Positions 22,693 to 32,025 of a stretch of DNA of 64,000 nt are shown here, piece by piece (the first letter of the stretch is position 1; each line of letters begins with the position of its first letter). The notes beneath the pieces were generated by a model that saw only the letters and a list, made by a program, of their open reading frames with translations, searched no databases and had not been told where the DNA came from. The DNA is from an uncultured Gemmatimonadota bacterium (GTDB lineage: Bacteria; Gemmatimonadota; Gemmatimonadetes; Palauibacterales; Palauibacteraceae), in NCBI GenBank assembly GCA_964607465.1, contig CAZSKS010000003.1:7818-71817 (forward strand). Reading direction: 5' to 3'. Made by a program: the position numbers and the translations under genes.

Positions 22693-23756
22693 GCCTCGCC
22701 TCCCTCCCCTTCCGGGCACCGGGATTCCTGCACGGCCCCCGGCGTCTCCGTCGCGGGCCGTCCCGTCGTCGCCGCCGCTCTCCAGGCCTCCGTCACGTCC
22801 CGCACAAGCTCGTCCGTGGGACGGCCGGCGTCCAGCCGGAGGGCGTCCTCCGGAACCTGGTGGCGAAACCAGGTCCGCTGGCGCCGGGCGTAGCTCCAGC
22901 TGTCGCCCACGACGCGGTCCACCACCTCCTCCCGCTCCATCTCCCCCCGCAGCAGGGCCGCCACCTCGGCGTAGCCCAGCGCCGTGAACGGAGGGTCGCC
23001 CTCCCCGTGGCCGGCCTCCCGGAGGCGGCGGACCTCCTCCTTCCATCCCTCCTCCAGCTGCCGCTCCACCCGGGCCCGGATCCGCCGGCGGTGCGCCGCC
23101 CGGTCCAGCTCCAGCACGGCCACCAGGGCGTCCACCGGCTGCGCTACCGGCGGGCCGTGCTCGTGCCACCAGGAGAGGGGACGTCCGGCCAGCAGCGCCA
23201 GCTCCAGGGTCCGCTTGGCCCGCTGCGGGTCCAGGGCGTCCAGCTCTCCGGCCAGCTCTGGGTCCAGGCGCCGGGCCCACCGGCGGAGCTCGTCCCCGGG
23301 CAGCCCGTCCAGCCACCCCTCCAGCGCCTCGCGCCGGTCGTCCGCCATCTCCGGCTCCCGGAAGACCGGGTCCGTCAGGGCCCGGAGGAAGAGGCCCGTG
23401 CCGCCGCAGAGGATCGGCACCCGGCCCCGCGCCCGGATCTCCCGGATCCACCCCCGGGCCCGCCCGGAGAAGCGACCCGCGCCGTAGCGCTCGGACGGGT
23501 CCAGGAAGCCCACCCCGTGGTGGGGCACCCGGCGGCGCTGCTCCGGGGTGGGCGCCGCCGTGCCCACCTCCATGCCCCGGTAGGCCTGCCGGCTGTCCAT
23601 GGAAACGATCTCGCCGTCCAGCGCCTCGGCGACCCGCACCGCCAGCTCGCTCTTCCCCGTGGCCGTGGGGCCGACCACCGCCAGGACGTCCGGCCCCGTC
23701 GACCCGACGCCGCCCGTCGGCTCCCGGGAAGAGGACCCGTCCCGTTCCGGGGTCAT
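22689..23756 (-). CDS. miaA: tRNA dimethylallyltransferase
   Basis: P-loop VVGPTATGKSELA and SMDSRQAYRGM. The exact start within the first 25 codons is uncertain. Confidence 0.85.
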   Translation of the reverse strand: MTPERDGSSSREPTGGVGSTGPDVLAVVGPTATGKSELAVRVAEALDGEIVSMDSRQAYRGMEVGTAAPTPEQRRRVPHHGVGFLDPSERYGAGRFSGRARGWIREIRARGRVPILCGGTGLFLRALTDPVFREPEMADDRREALEGWLDGLPGDELRRWARRLDPELAGELDALDPQRAKRTLELALLAGRPLSWWHEHGPPVAQPVDALVAVLELDRAAHRRRIRARVERQLEEGWKEEVRRLREAGHGEGDPPFTALGYAEVAALLRGEMEREEVVDRVVGDSWSYARRQRTWFRHQVPEDALRLDAGRPTDELVRDVTEAWRAAATTGRPATETPGAVQESRCPEGEGGEA

Positions 23757-23769
23757 GTGCGCCCGCGGG

Positions 23770-25632
23770 TCACGTCCGCCCGAAGCGGCGCTCGAGCTCG
23801 TCCAGGCCCAGCCGGATCACCGTCGGGCGGCCGTGGACGTCGTGTCCGGGCAGCTCGGTGGCGAAGAGGCGGTCGAAGAGCTCCGACATCTCCTCCTGGT
23901 CCAGGGCCTGGCCCGCCTTGATGGCCCCCTTGCAGGCCAGGCTCTTGGCGATCTTCTCGTGCTGGTTCCGGGCCGAGTCCACCAGGGGCGAGCCGTGGGT
24001 CAGCTCCTCGATCATCTCCCGGAAGCAGCGCTCGGCGTCGAAGTAGGGATGGGGGTTGGGGCTGGCGTGGATGATGGCGGTGCGGTCGCCGAAGGGGCTC
24101 ACCTCGAACCCCGTGCGCCGCAAGAGCCCCTCCAGCTCCTGCACGGCCGAGTACTCCGCCGGGTCTAGCCGTACGGTCACCGGGAAGAGGAGCCGCTGGG
24201 AGGTGCCCTCCTGCTCGCCGGAGAAGCGCTCCATGACCTCCTCGAAGAGCACCCGCTCGTGGGCGGCGTGCTGGTCGATGATCAGCAGGCCCTCCCGGGT
24301 GGCCGCCAGGATGTAGCTGTCGTGGAGCTGCCAGAGCTCCGGGCGCCGGACGCCGGCGGCGAGCCCGGTCCCGCCCTCTTCCCCCGGCGCATCGCCGGCC
24401 TCTCTCTCGCCGGAGACGAAGAAGGCGAGCTGCGTCTCGTCCTCCTCCCCGCCCTCCCCGGCGGCCGGGGCCGTCCGGGCGTCGCCGGGGACCCCGAGCA
24501 CGTCGCCCCTGTCCGACCGGACCGGATCCTCCCGCCGGCCGTCCCCGCCATCGGGCGCGCGCTCCCCCGGCGTCGGAGCCTGCCCGGCCTCCTCCTCCCC
24601 GTAGCCCGCCCCCCGCTCCCGGGTCACCGACGGGGTGCTCTCCAGGTCCGCCAGCCGGGCGCGGACCGTGGCGCGCAGGGCGGCTTCCACCTCCTCGCGC
24701 CGGCGGAAGCGGACCTCCGCCTTGGCCGGGTGGACGTTCATGTCCACCGTCTCGGGCGGCACGCTGAGGTAGAGGAGGAAGGTGGGGCTCACCCCCGGCG
24801 CCACGGTGGTGCGGTAGGCCTCGTCCACGGCCCGGTTCAGCTCCTTCTCCCGGAAGGGGCGGCCGTTCACGAAGAGGTGGCGGCGGTGGCCCCCGGCCCG
24901 GGCCGCGTCGGGCCGCTGGACGAGGCCGCCCACCCGGACGTCCCCCTCCTCCCGGTCCACGGCCAGCAGCTCCGACGCCTCCTCCTCGCCCCACAGGTCC
25001 TCCACCCGGGCCCGCAGCGACGAGACGGCCGGCAGGTCCAGCAGCTCGCGGCCGTTGGACTCCAGCCGGAAGGCCACGCCCAGGTGGGCCAGGGCCAGCA
25101 GCGTGACCGCCTCGCTGCACGCCCGGGTCTCGGCCGACGCCGAGCGGAGGAACTTGGCCCGGGCCGGCACGTTCTGGAACAGCCCCCGGACCGTGACGGT
25201 GGTCCCCGAACGGCGGGCGATCTCGTCGGCCGAGCGGATCTCGCCCTCCCGGGCCCGGATTCGGGTGCCCACCTCGCCGTCCTCCGGCGCCGTCTCCAGC
25301 TCGAAGCGGCTCACCGCCGCGATGGAGGGGAGGGCCTCGCCCCGGAAGCCCAGGGAGGAGATGCGGTCGAGGTCCTCCGCCTCCCGGATCTTGCTGGTGG
25401 CGTGACGATCCAGGGCCAGCAGGGCGTCCCGGCGCTCCATGCCGATGCCGTCGTCCGCCACCCGGATCTCGGTCTTCCCCCCGTTCCGCAGGGCGACCTC
25501 CACCCGGCTCGCCTCGGCGTCCAGGGCGTTCTCCACCAGCTCCTTCACCACCGAGGCCGGCCGCTCCACCACCTCCCCGGCGGCGATCTGGTTGGCGACG
25601 TGGTCCGGGAGGATGCGGACGCGGCCGCTCAC
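23770..25632 (-). CDS. mutL: DNA mismatch repair protein MutL
   Basis: GHKL ATPase N-terminus ILPDHVANQIAAGEVVERPASVVKELVENALDA, with the C-terminal dimerisation and endonuclease region. Confidence 0.9.
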   Translation of the reverse strand: MSGRVRILPDHVANQIAAGEVVERPASVVKELVENALDAEASRVEVALRNGGKTEIRVADDGIGMERRDALLALDRHATSKIREAEDLDRISSLGFRGEALPSIAAVSRFELETAPEDGEVGTRIRAREGEIRSADEIARRSGTTVTVRGLFQNVPARAKFLRSASAETRACSEAVTLLALAHLGVAFRLESNGRELLDLPAVSSLRARVEDLWGEEEASELLAVDREEGDVRVGGLVQRPDAARAGGHRRHLFVNGRPFREKELNRAVDEAYRTTVAPGVSPTFLLYLSVPPETVDMNVHPAKAEVRFRRREEVEAALRATVRARLADLESTPSVTRERGAGYGEEEAGQAPTPGERAPDGGDGRREDPVRSDRGDVLGVPGDARTAPAAGEGGEEDETQLAFFVSGEREAGDAPGEEGGTGLAAGVRRPELWQLHDSYILAATREGLLIIDQHAAHERVLFEEVMERFSGEQEGTSQRLLFPVTVRLDPAEYSAVQELEGLLRRTGFEVSPFGDRTAIIHASPNPHPYFDAERCFREMIEELTHGSPLVDSARNQHEKIAKSLACKGAIKAGQALDQEEMSELFDRLFATELPGHDVHGRPTVIRLGLDELERRFGRT

Positions 25633-26414
25633 GGTGCGTCGGCGTCCAGCCCGTAGAAGCGCCGGGCGTTGCGACGGGTGGCCCGTGCCACCTCCTCGTG
25701 GGGCTCGCCCCGCATCTCCGCCACCGCGCGGCAGGTGTGGGCCACGAAGGCCGGCTCGTTCCGTCTCCCGCGCTCGGGCACGGGCGCCAGGTAGGGGCTG
25801 TCGGTCTCCAGCAGCAGGCGATCGGCCGGCACCCGACGCACCCGGTCCGCTCCGTCCCAGGAGCCGAAGGTGGCGATGCCGGAGAAGGAGACGTGCCAGC
25901 CGGCCTCGAGCCCCGCCTCCAGGAGCGCGTCCCCGCCGGTGAAGCAGTGGAGGACCCCCCGGACGCGGCCGGCGAACGCCCGCAGCAGGTCGGCCGTCTC
26001 GCCGTCGGCCTCCCGGGAGTGGACCACCACCGGCAGCCCGACGCGCTCGGCCAGCTCCAGGTGCGCCCGGAAGCTCTCCCGCTGCGCGTCCCGGGGCGAG
26101 TTGTCGTAGTGGAAGTCCAGCCCCGTCTCGCCCACCGCCACCGTCTCAGGGGCGGACAGCACGTCCTCGATCCCCGCCATGGCGTCGGGCGAGAAGAGGG
26201 ACGCCTGGTGGGGGTGGAGCCCGGCGGTGCACCACACGCCCTCCTCCCGGGCGGCCACCTCCCGGGCCGCCAGCGCGTCGGCCGGCGTCGTGCCCACCGT
26301 CACCATCTCCGCCACGCCGGCCGCCCGGGCCCGGTCCAGCACGCCGGCCAGGTCGTCCCGGAAGCGCGCGTCGGTGAGGTGGAGGTGGGAGTCGAAGAGG
26401 GCGGGCCCCGTCAC
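25629..26414 (-). CDS. tatD: TatD-family metal-dependent deoxyribonuclease
   Basis: Motifs FDSHLHL, GETGLDFHY and HCFTG. GTG start in a GTGA overlap with the secF stop. Confidence 0.8.
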   Translation of the reverse strand: MTGPALFDSHLHLTDARFRDDLAGVLDRARAAGVAEMVTVGTTPADALAAREVAAREEGVWCTAGLHPHQASLFSPDAMAGIEDVLSAPETVAVGETGLDFHYDNSPRDAQRESFRAHLELAERVGLPVVVHSREADGETADLLRAFAGRVRGVLHCFTGGDALLEAGLEAGWHVSFSGIATFGSWDGADRVRRVPADRLLLETDSPYLAPVPERGRRNEPAFVAHTCRAVAEMRGEPHEEVARATRRNARRFYGLDADAP

Positions 26415-27346
26415 GACGAGGCGTGGGCGGGTGCCTCCCGGCGCTTCAGCCAGCGGTCGATCTCCAGCAGCGCAGGCGACGCCACGAACACGGAGGAGTA
26501 GGTCCCGATCATGACGCCCAGGATGAGGACCAGCGCGAAGGGCCGGATGACCTGTCCGCCGAAGACGAACAGCGCCAGGAGGGTGGCCAGGGTGGTGACG
26601 CTGGTCATGACCGTCCGGGGCAGGACCTCGTTGATGCTCCGGTTCAGCAGCTCCCGGTAGTCCTCCTTGCGGTGCTTCTTGAGGTTCTCCCGCATGCGGT
26701 CGAAGGTGACGATCGTGTCGTTGAGGGAGTACCCCACGATGGTCAGGATCGCCGCCACCGTCCCAAGGCTGATCTCCACGTTCATGAGGGAGATGAAGCC
26801 GATGGTAATGAAGATGTCGTGCAGCGTGGCGATCACCGCCGCGACACCGAAGCGCCACTCGAAGCGGAAGGCCAGGTAGATCAGGGTCAGGAGGAAGGAG
26901 AGGAGGATGGCGGTCAGCGCCTTGCTCTGTAGCTCGTCGCCCACCTTCGGGCCCACGGCTTCGGTCCGCACCACCTCGTAGCCGTCCTGGCCGTAGGCGG
27001 CGCTCAGAGCGTCCTGGAGCTGTACGGTGACGTCCTCCTCCTCCTGCTCCGTCGCCCCGGCGCCGAAGGCCTGAAGGCGGAGGAGGAACTCCCGGTCGCT
27101 GCCGAAGCCCTGGATCTGGATGTCGCCGAAGCCCTCGCCCGCCAGGCTCTCCCGCACCTCCGCCACGGAGGTGGCCTCGGCGAACTCCACCTGCATCAGG
27201 GTGCCGCCGGTGAACTCCACGCTGTAGCTGAGCCCCCCCCGCAGCACCAGCGACGCCGCGCCGAGGACCAGGAGCAGGACCGAGACGACGTAGGCCGGCC
27301 GGCGCATCTGGAGGAACTTGAACGACGCGTCCTTGAAGATCCTCAT
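26411..27346 (-). CDS. secF: Protein translocase subunit SecF
   Basis: 311-aa, six-TM SecF family protein beginning MRIFKDASFKFLQMRRPAYVVS. Confidence 0.9.
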   Translation of the reverse strand: MRIFKDASFKFLQMRRPAYVVSVLLLVLGAASLVLRGGLSYSVEFTGGTLMQVEFAEATSVAEVRESLAGEGFGDIQIQGFGSDREFLLRLQAFGAGATEQEEEDVTVQLQDALSAAYGQDGYEVVRTEAVGPKVGDELQSKALTAILLSFLLTLIYLAFRFEWRFGVAAVIATLHDIFITIGFISLMNVEISLGTVAAILTIVGYSLNDTIVTFDRMRENLKKHRKEDYRELLNRSINEVLPRTVMTSVTTLATLLALFVFGGQVIRPFALVLILGVMIGTYSSVFVASPALLEIDRWLKRREAPAHASS

Positions 27347-27356
27347 CGTCCGCCCG

Positions 27357-29030
27357 TCAGATGCTCACCGGATCGCCGGCCTCGTGGCGGTCCAGGTACA
27401 TCATGAAGAAGGTGCGGGTGACGTAGATCGCGGAGAAGAAGCTGGCCACGATCCCGATGCTCAGCGTCACGGCGAAGCCCTTCACCGGCCCCGTCCCGAA
27501 CTGGAAGAGGATCAGGGCCGTGATCAGGGTGGTGAGGTTGGCGTCCACGATGGCCGACAGGGCGTGGTCGAACCCCGCGTCCACGGCCGTGCGCGCCGTC
27601 TTGCCCGTGTCCAGCTCCTCCCGGATGCGCTCGAAGATGAGCACGTTGGCGTCCACCGCCATCCCGATGGAGAGGATGATGCCGGCGATGCCGGGCAGGG
27701 TCAGGGTGGCCCCGAGCCCCGCCAGCCCGCCCAGCAGCAGCAGCACGTAACCCGCCAGCGCCCCCAGGGCCAGGGCTCCGGCCACCTTGTAGTAGGCCAC
27801 CATCATGAGGATGACCACGGCGATCCCGATGGCGAAGGCCATCGTCCCCTGGCGGATGGAGTCCTGCCCCAGGGAGGGTCCGATGGTGCGCTCCTCCACG
27901 ATCACGATCGGGTGGGGGAGCGCGCCGGCCCGCAGCACCAGGGCCAGGTCCTGGGCCTCCTGGAAGCTGTCGGAGGTATTCATCTCGATCTGGGCCCGGC
28001 GGCTCAGCGTCTGGCGGATCACCGGCGCGCTCTGTACCAGGCTGTCCAGCACGATGGCCATCTGGTCGTTCACGTGCCGGCTCGTGCCCCGCTCGAAGAT
28101 CCGCGCCCCCCGTCGCGTCATCTCGAAGGGGACCACGGGACGATTGTAGGTCGGGTCCCGCTGCGCCGGGCCCGCGTCGGCCAGGTACTCGCCGGTGATC
28201 AGCGGCTCCTGCTCCAGGATGTAGAGCTCCCGGTAGCTCTCGCCGCCCTGCCCCACCGCGGCCGAGCTCCAGCGCAGCAGGGTGTTCCTCGGCAGCGCGT
28301 CGCGGACGGCCTCCAGCTCCAGGTACCGCCGGACGGTGGGCACGTCCTGCTCGCGCACCAGGAAGACGCCGCCGGTCCCCGACTCCAGCAGGAGGCTGCT
28401 GAGGGGTCGGAGGTCCTGCGCGGGCTCGCCCTCCGCGTCGGCCTCCTCCGGCGCGGCGTCGGCCGTGTCGGCCGGGACCGTGTCCGCCGCGCCCGTGGTG
28501 TCGCCGCCCAGCAGCTGCTCCAGGCTCTGCCCCTCGCCCTCGGCCTCGGCGTCCTCCTGCAGGGAGGGCGCGGCCAGGTTCTCGGGGCCCAGCTCCTGGA
28601 CGATGGCCCGGTCGATCCGCGGGAGCGCGTCCCGGAAGTCCTCCCCGCTCCTCACGACGTTGAAGCTGAGGAAGGCGGTCTGCTCCACGATGCTCTTGGC
28701 CCGCTCCGGGTCGTCGACCCCGGCGAGCTCCACGATGATCCGGTCGTCCCCCACCCTCTGGATGGTGGGCTCCCGCACCCCGAACTGGTTGATCCGGTTC
28801 CGGATCGTGAGCAGGGTGGTCTCGATGGCCTGGGCCCGCTGCTCGTCGTCCAGGGCGCTGTCCGGGTCGGCGATCTCCACCGCCAGGTGCATCCCGCCCT
28901 GGAGGTCCAGCCCCAGGCTGATGGGCGAGATGGACTGGCCCTCGGGCCCCTCCTGCGGCAGGAGGGACCAGACGCACAGGGCCATGACCCCCAGGATCAC
29001 GGCCACTCGCCCCTTGACGCTGCTCAACAT
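27357..29030 (-). CDS. secD: Protein translocase subunit SecD
   Basis: 557-aa SecD with a periplasmic domain and C-terminal TM core containing LGLDLQGGMHL. Confidence 0.9.
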   Translation of the reverse strand: MLSSVKGRVAVILGVMALCVWSLLPQEGPEGQSISPISLGLDLQGGMHLAVEIADPDSALDDEQRAQAIETTLLTIRNRINQFGVREPTIQRVGDDRIIVELAGVDDPERAKSIVEQTAFLSFNVVRSGEDFRDALPRIDRAIVQELGPENLAAPSLQEDAEAEGEGQSLEQLLGGDTTGAADTVPADTADAAPEEADAEGEPAQDLRPLSSLLLESGTGGVFLVREQDVPTVRRYLELEAVRDALPRNTLLRWSSAAVGQGGESYRELYILEQEPLITGEYLADAGPAQRDPTYNRPVVPFEMTRRGARIFERGTSRHVNDQMAIVLDSLVQSAPVIRQTLSRRAQIEMNTSDSFQEAQDLALVLRAGALPHPIVIVEERTIGPSLGQDSIRQGTMAFAIGIAVVILMMVAYYKVAGALALGALAGYVLLLLGGLAGLGATLTLPGIAGIILSIGMAVDANVLIFERIREELDTGKTARTAVDAGFDHALSAIVDANLTTLITALILFQFGTGPVKGFAVTLSIGIVASFFSAIYVTRTFFMMYLDRHEAGDPVSI

Positions 29031-29223
29031 CTGCTCGAACCCGTCTCCATGGTCGTGCGCGCGTCGTCTCGGTGGTCGGAAGTCGGCCGCGGCGGCGGCC
29101 GACGGCTCGCCGGAACCCGGGAAGGCCGTCCTCCCGGCCGCTCGGAGCCGCGCAAGTTAGGTCCGGCGCGCCCGGTCCGAAAGGGCCGCGGGGCTGCCGG
29201 TCGACGCGGAGGCATGGCCGGCT

Positions 29224-30650
29224 TCAGCCCCTCCTGCGACGTCCCCGGCCCAGCCGTGATCGGCTCTTCTCCTCCTCCCCGGAGGCGGCGGTCGTCTCTT
29301 CCCGGGCGCCCAGCGGCTCCACGCTGGGCTCGAAGCCCTCGACGGTCTCCCGCTCGATCGCCACGCCGGTCAGCTTTTCGATCTCCCGCACCAGCAGCCA
29401 TTCGTGCGGGGACATGAGCGTCACGGCGTCCCCCGTCTCGTCGGCCCGGGCCGTCCGCCCCACCCGGTGGACGTAGTCCCGGGGGTCCTCCGGCACGTCG
29501 AAGTTCACGACGTGCCGGATGCCCCGGATGTCCAGTCCCCGGGCGGCCACGTTGGTGGCCACCAGCACACGGGTCTCGCCCGCCCGGAAGCGGCGGAGGC
29601 TCCGCGTCCGCTGGTCCTGCGACTTGCCGCCGTGGAGGTCGTCGGCCGACACGCCGCGGCCCTCGAGGAAGTTGCACAGGTAGCTGGTCGTGTTCCGGGT
29701 GCGGGTGAAGACCAGCGCCTGGCCGGCGGCCTCCTCCTCCAGGTAGTGGAGGAGCAGCTCGTGCTTCTGGGAGCGGTCCACCGGGTGGATGACCTCCCGG
29801 ATGCCCTCGGCCGCCGTCTCCAGGCCCACCTGTACGCGGACCGGGTCCCGCATCATCTCGTGGGCCAGCGAGAGGATCGCGTTGGGCATCGTGGCCGAGA
29901 ACAGGAGGGTCTGGCGCTCGTCGGGCGTTTGGGCCACGATCTTCCGGATGTCGTCGATGAAGCCCATGTCCAGCATCCGGTCGGCCTCGTCCAGCACCAG
30001 CACCTGGACGGCCGACAGGTCGGCGATCCCCTTCCGGCACAGGTCCAGGAGCCGGCCCGGCGTGGCCACCAGCACGTCGCAACCCCACTCCAGTCCCTCG
30101 ATCTGGGGGCCGTAGGCCACGCCGCCGTGGATCACCATGGACTCGATGCCGGAGGTCGCCCCGTAGGTCCTGATCGCCCCCTCGACCTGCTGCGCCAGCT
30201 CCCGGGTGGGGGTGACGATCAGCCCGCGGAGGGTGCCCTGCTCGGCGGGGTCGAAGCGCTGCAGCATCGGCAGCGTGAAGGCGGCGGTCTTGCCCGTCCC
30301 CGTCTGGGCCGAGCCGAGAACGTCCTTCCCCGCCAGGGCCGGCGGGATGGCCCGCCGCTGGACGGTGGTCGGCCGCTCGTATCCGGTGCGGGCGATGGCC
30401 TGGAGCAGCCGGTCGGAGAGGCCCAGCTCACGGAAGGTCTGCGGCTCGCCGTCGGGCGCCGGGTCGGCCCGCTCCGCCCCGGCCGCTTCCTCCTCCGCCC
30501 CGGCCGCTTCCTCCTCCGCCGTGGCCGTCCCCTCCTCCGCCGCGGCCGTCCCGAGGGTCGCCCCCCCGTCCGTCGCCGCGGCGTCCTCCGCCTCGTCCGT
30601 CGTCTCACGGGTCGTCGTACCGCTCTCCGTCGTGGTGCTCTCCTGGGTCA
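29224..30650 (-). CDS. ATP-dependent DEAD-box RNA helicase
   Basis: Q-motif, AQTGTGKT, DEAD (VLDEADRMLDMGF), SAT and HRVGRTAR. Has an acidic T/E/A-rich N-terminal extension of about 70 aa and an RG-rich C-terminal tail. ATG at 30648-30650. Confidence 0.85.
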
Positions 30651-30872
30651 TGCGTCTTCCTTCGGAAGGCTGGGAATGTCTCGGAAAGGATGCCGCGGGA
30701 CGGGCCGCTCGCTTCCTGCGACCGCCGACCGGGGATACCCGGCCGCCGCGGCTCGGGTCCGACGCGGGCGGGCACCCTCCCGGCCGGACGGTGCGGTCAC
30801 GCCCCGGGCCGCCGGCGGGACCGACGGGACCCGCTGGCGCCGACGCAACGTCGGGAGGCGCCGAGCGGCGCC

Positions 30873-31580
30873 TCAGCCCCGCCCCGGGGAATCGGAGGCG
30901 ATCGACCGCGGCTCGGGAGGCTGCACCTGGAACCTGATCCACTGCTCGACCCAGACACCCACGGTCTGGTCGCCGCTGAGAGCCGGTCGGAAGTCCATGA
31001 CGGACGCGGCGCTGACCGCCAGGCTGTCGAAGGCCGGGAGTCCGCTGGAGGACTGGACCCGGACCTTGTCGACCCGGCCCTCCTCGGTCACGAAGAGCCA
31101 CAGGCGGACCCGGGCTCCCGTGTTCGAGGTCCGCAGCGTCGACGGATAGAAAGCCGTCAGGTAGTCCTGGATGAACGACGCGTTGGTGAGCCGCGGGCGG
31201 ACGTCGTGGGGGATGAAGGGAGGCGGTCCGCTCTCCTCCTCGCCGTCCCCCGGCTCGGCCGCCACCGGCTCGGCCGGCCGCGGGATCGGCTCCGGAGCGG
31301 TGGGAACCTCCACCACGGGGGGAGGCGGCTCCTCCATGGCGGGCAGGACCTCCAGCGTGGATTCGGCACGGAGGGCGTCGGGCACCGGAAACCGGACCTC
31401 GGGCCCCAGCGCCCACACGCCGAGATGGAGGGCCGCCGAGATCAGGAGGCCGGTCCACATCATCCGACGGTCGAAACGGACACGGCGTACGGCATACGGT
31501 GCTGCGCCGGAGCGCGCCGAGGCCTCCCCCCTCGTCCCGGGGGCATCGTCCGTCTCACGTTGCGCCCCACGATGGGTCAT
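30873..31580 (-). CDS. TonB-family energy transducer
   Basis: N-terminal TM MMWTGLLISAALHLGVWAL, a Pro-rich linker PPPPVVEVPTAPEPIPRPAEP, and a TonB-like C-terminal domain. Confidence 0.55.
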   Translation of the reverse strand: MTHRGAQRETDDAPGTRGEASARSGAAPYAVRRVRFDRRMMWTGLLISAALHLGVWALGPEVRFPVPDALRAESTLEVLPAMEEPPPPVVEVPTAPEPIPRPAEPVAAEPGDGEEESGPPPFIPHDVRPRLTNASFIQDYLTAFYPSTLRTSNTGARVRLWLFVTEEGRVDKVRVQSSSGLPAFDSLAVSAASVMDFRPALSGDQTVGVWVEQWIRFQVQPPEPRSIASDSPGRG

Positions 31581-31794
31581 GTCGCCCTCCCTTCCCTGAT
31601 GGGCCGGCCCGCCGCGGCGGAGACCGCGTCGTCCGGCGATACCGGGAGGCCTGCGGCTCGCCGATCCGGGCGAGCCCTGCCCCAAGTATAGACCCACGCG
31701 CGGGGTCGTCGCCACCGTGATGGAACACTGGCCACGGGGGGGCGTATGAATCCGTCGACAGAGCGAGGGAAGCGTCCCGAAGGCACGATGATCG

Positions 31795-31995
31795 GGACGG
31801 CGGTTCCGGGCAGTGTCCCTCCCCTCAGCCCCCTAACCACCGCCCCTGAGGTGGACGGCGCTGTTCCGGGCCGCCTTTCTTCCTCGACGATGGAGCACCC
31901 GGCGGTTCCGGGCTGCGTCCCTCGGTCCAGCACCCCTTGAACCTCCTCCCTGGGCCGACGGCCAGTTCCGGGCCGCCGTTTTTTTCTGCCCCGCT
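31795..31995. repeat. Two tandem units of about 100 nt, roughly 70% identical, each ending in a hairpin plus T-rich tract in plus orientation
   Basis: GGCGGTTCCGGGC(A/T)G(T/C)GTCCCTC at 31799 and 31901, and GTTCCGGGCCGCC(T/G)TT at 31863 and 31964. The second unit ends CGGCCagttccgGGCCGccgTTTTTTTctg. Confidence 0.5.
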
Positions 31996-32025
31996 GCGAC
32001 GCCCCCTGCCCCACCGCTCCCGGCC

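Noticed and set aside
31795-31995. Possible mini-CRISPR array next to the Cas4-like gene
   Set aside because: There are only two to four copies, the repeats are imperfect, spacing is irregular at 42 and 59 nt, and there are no cas1/cas2 genes. I treat it as a tandem duplication.
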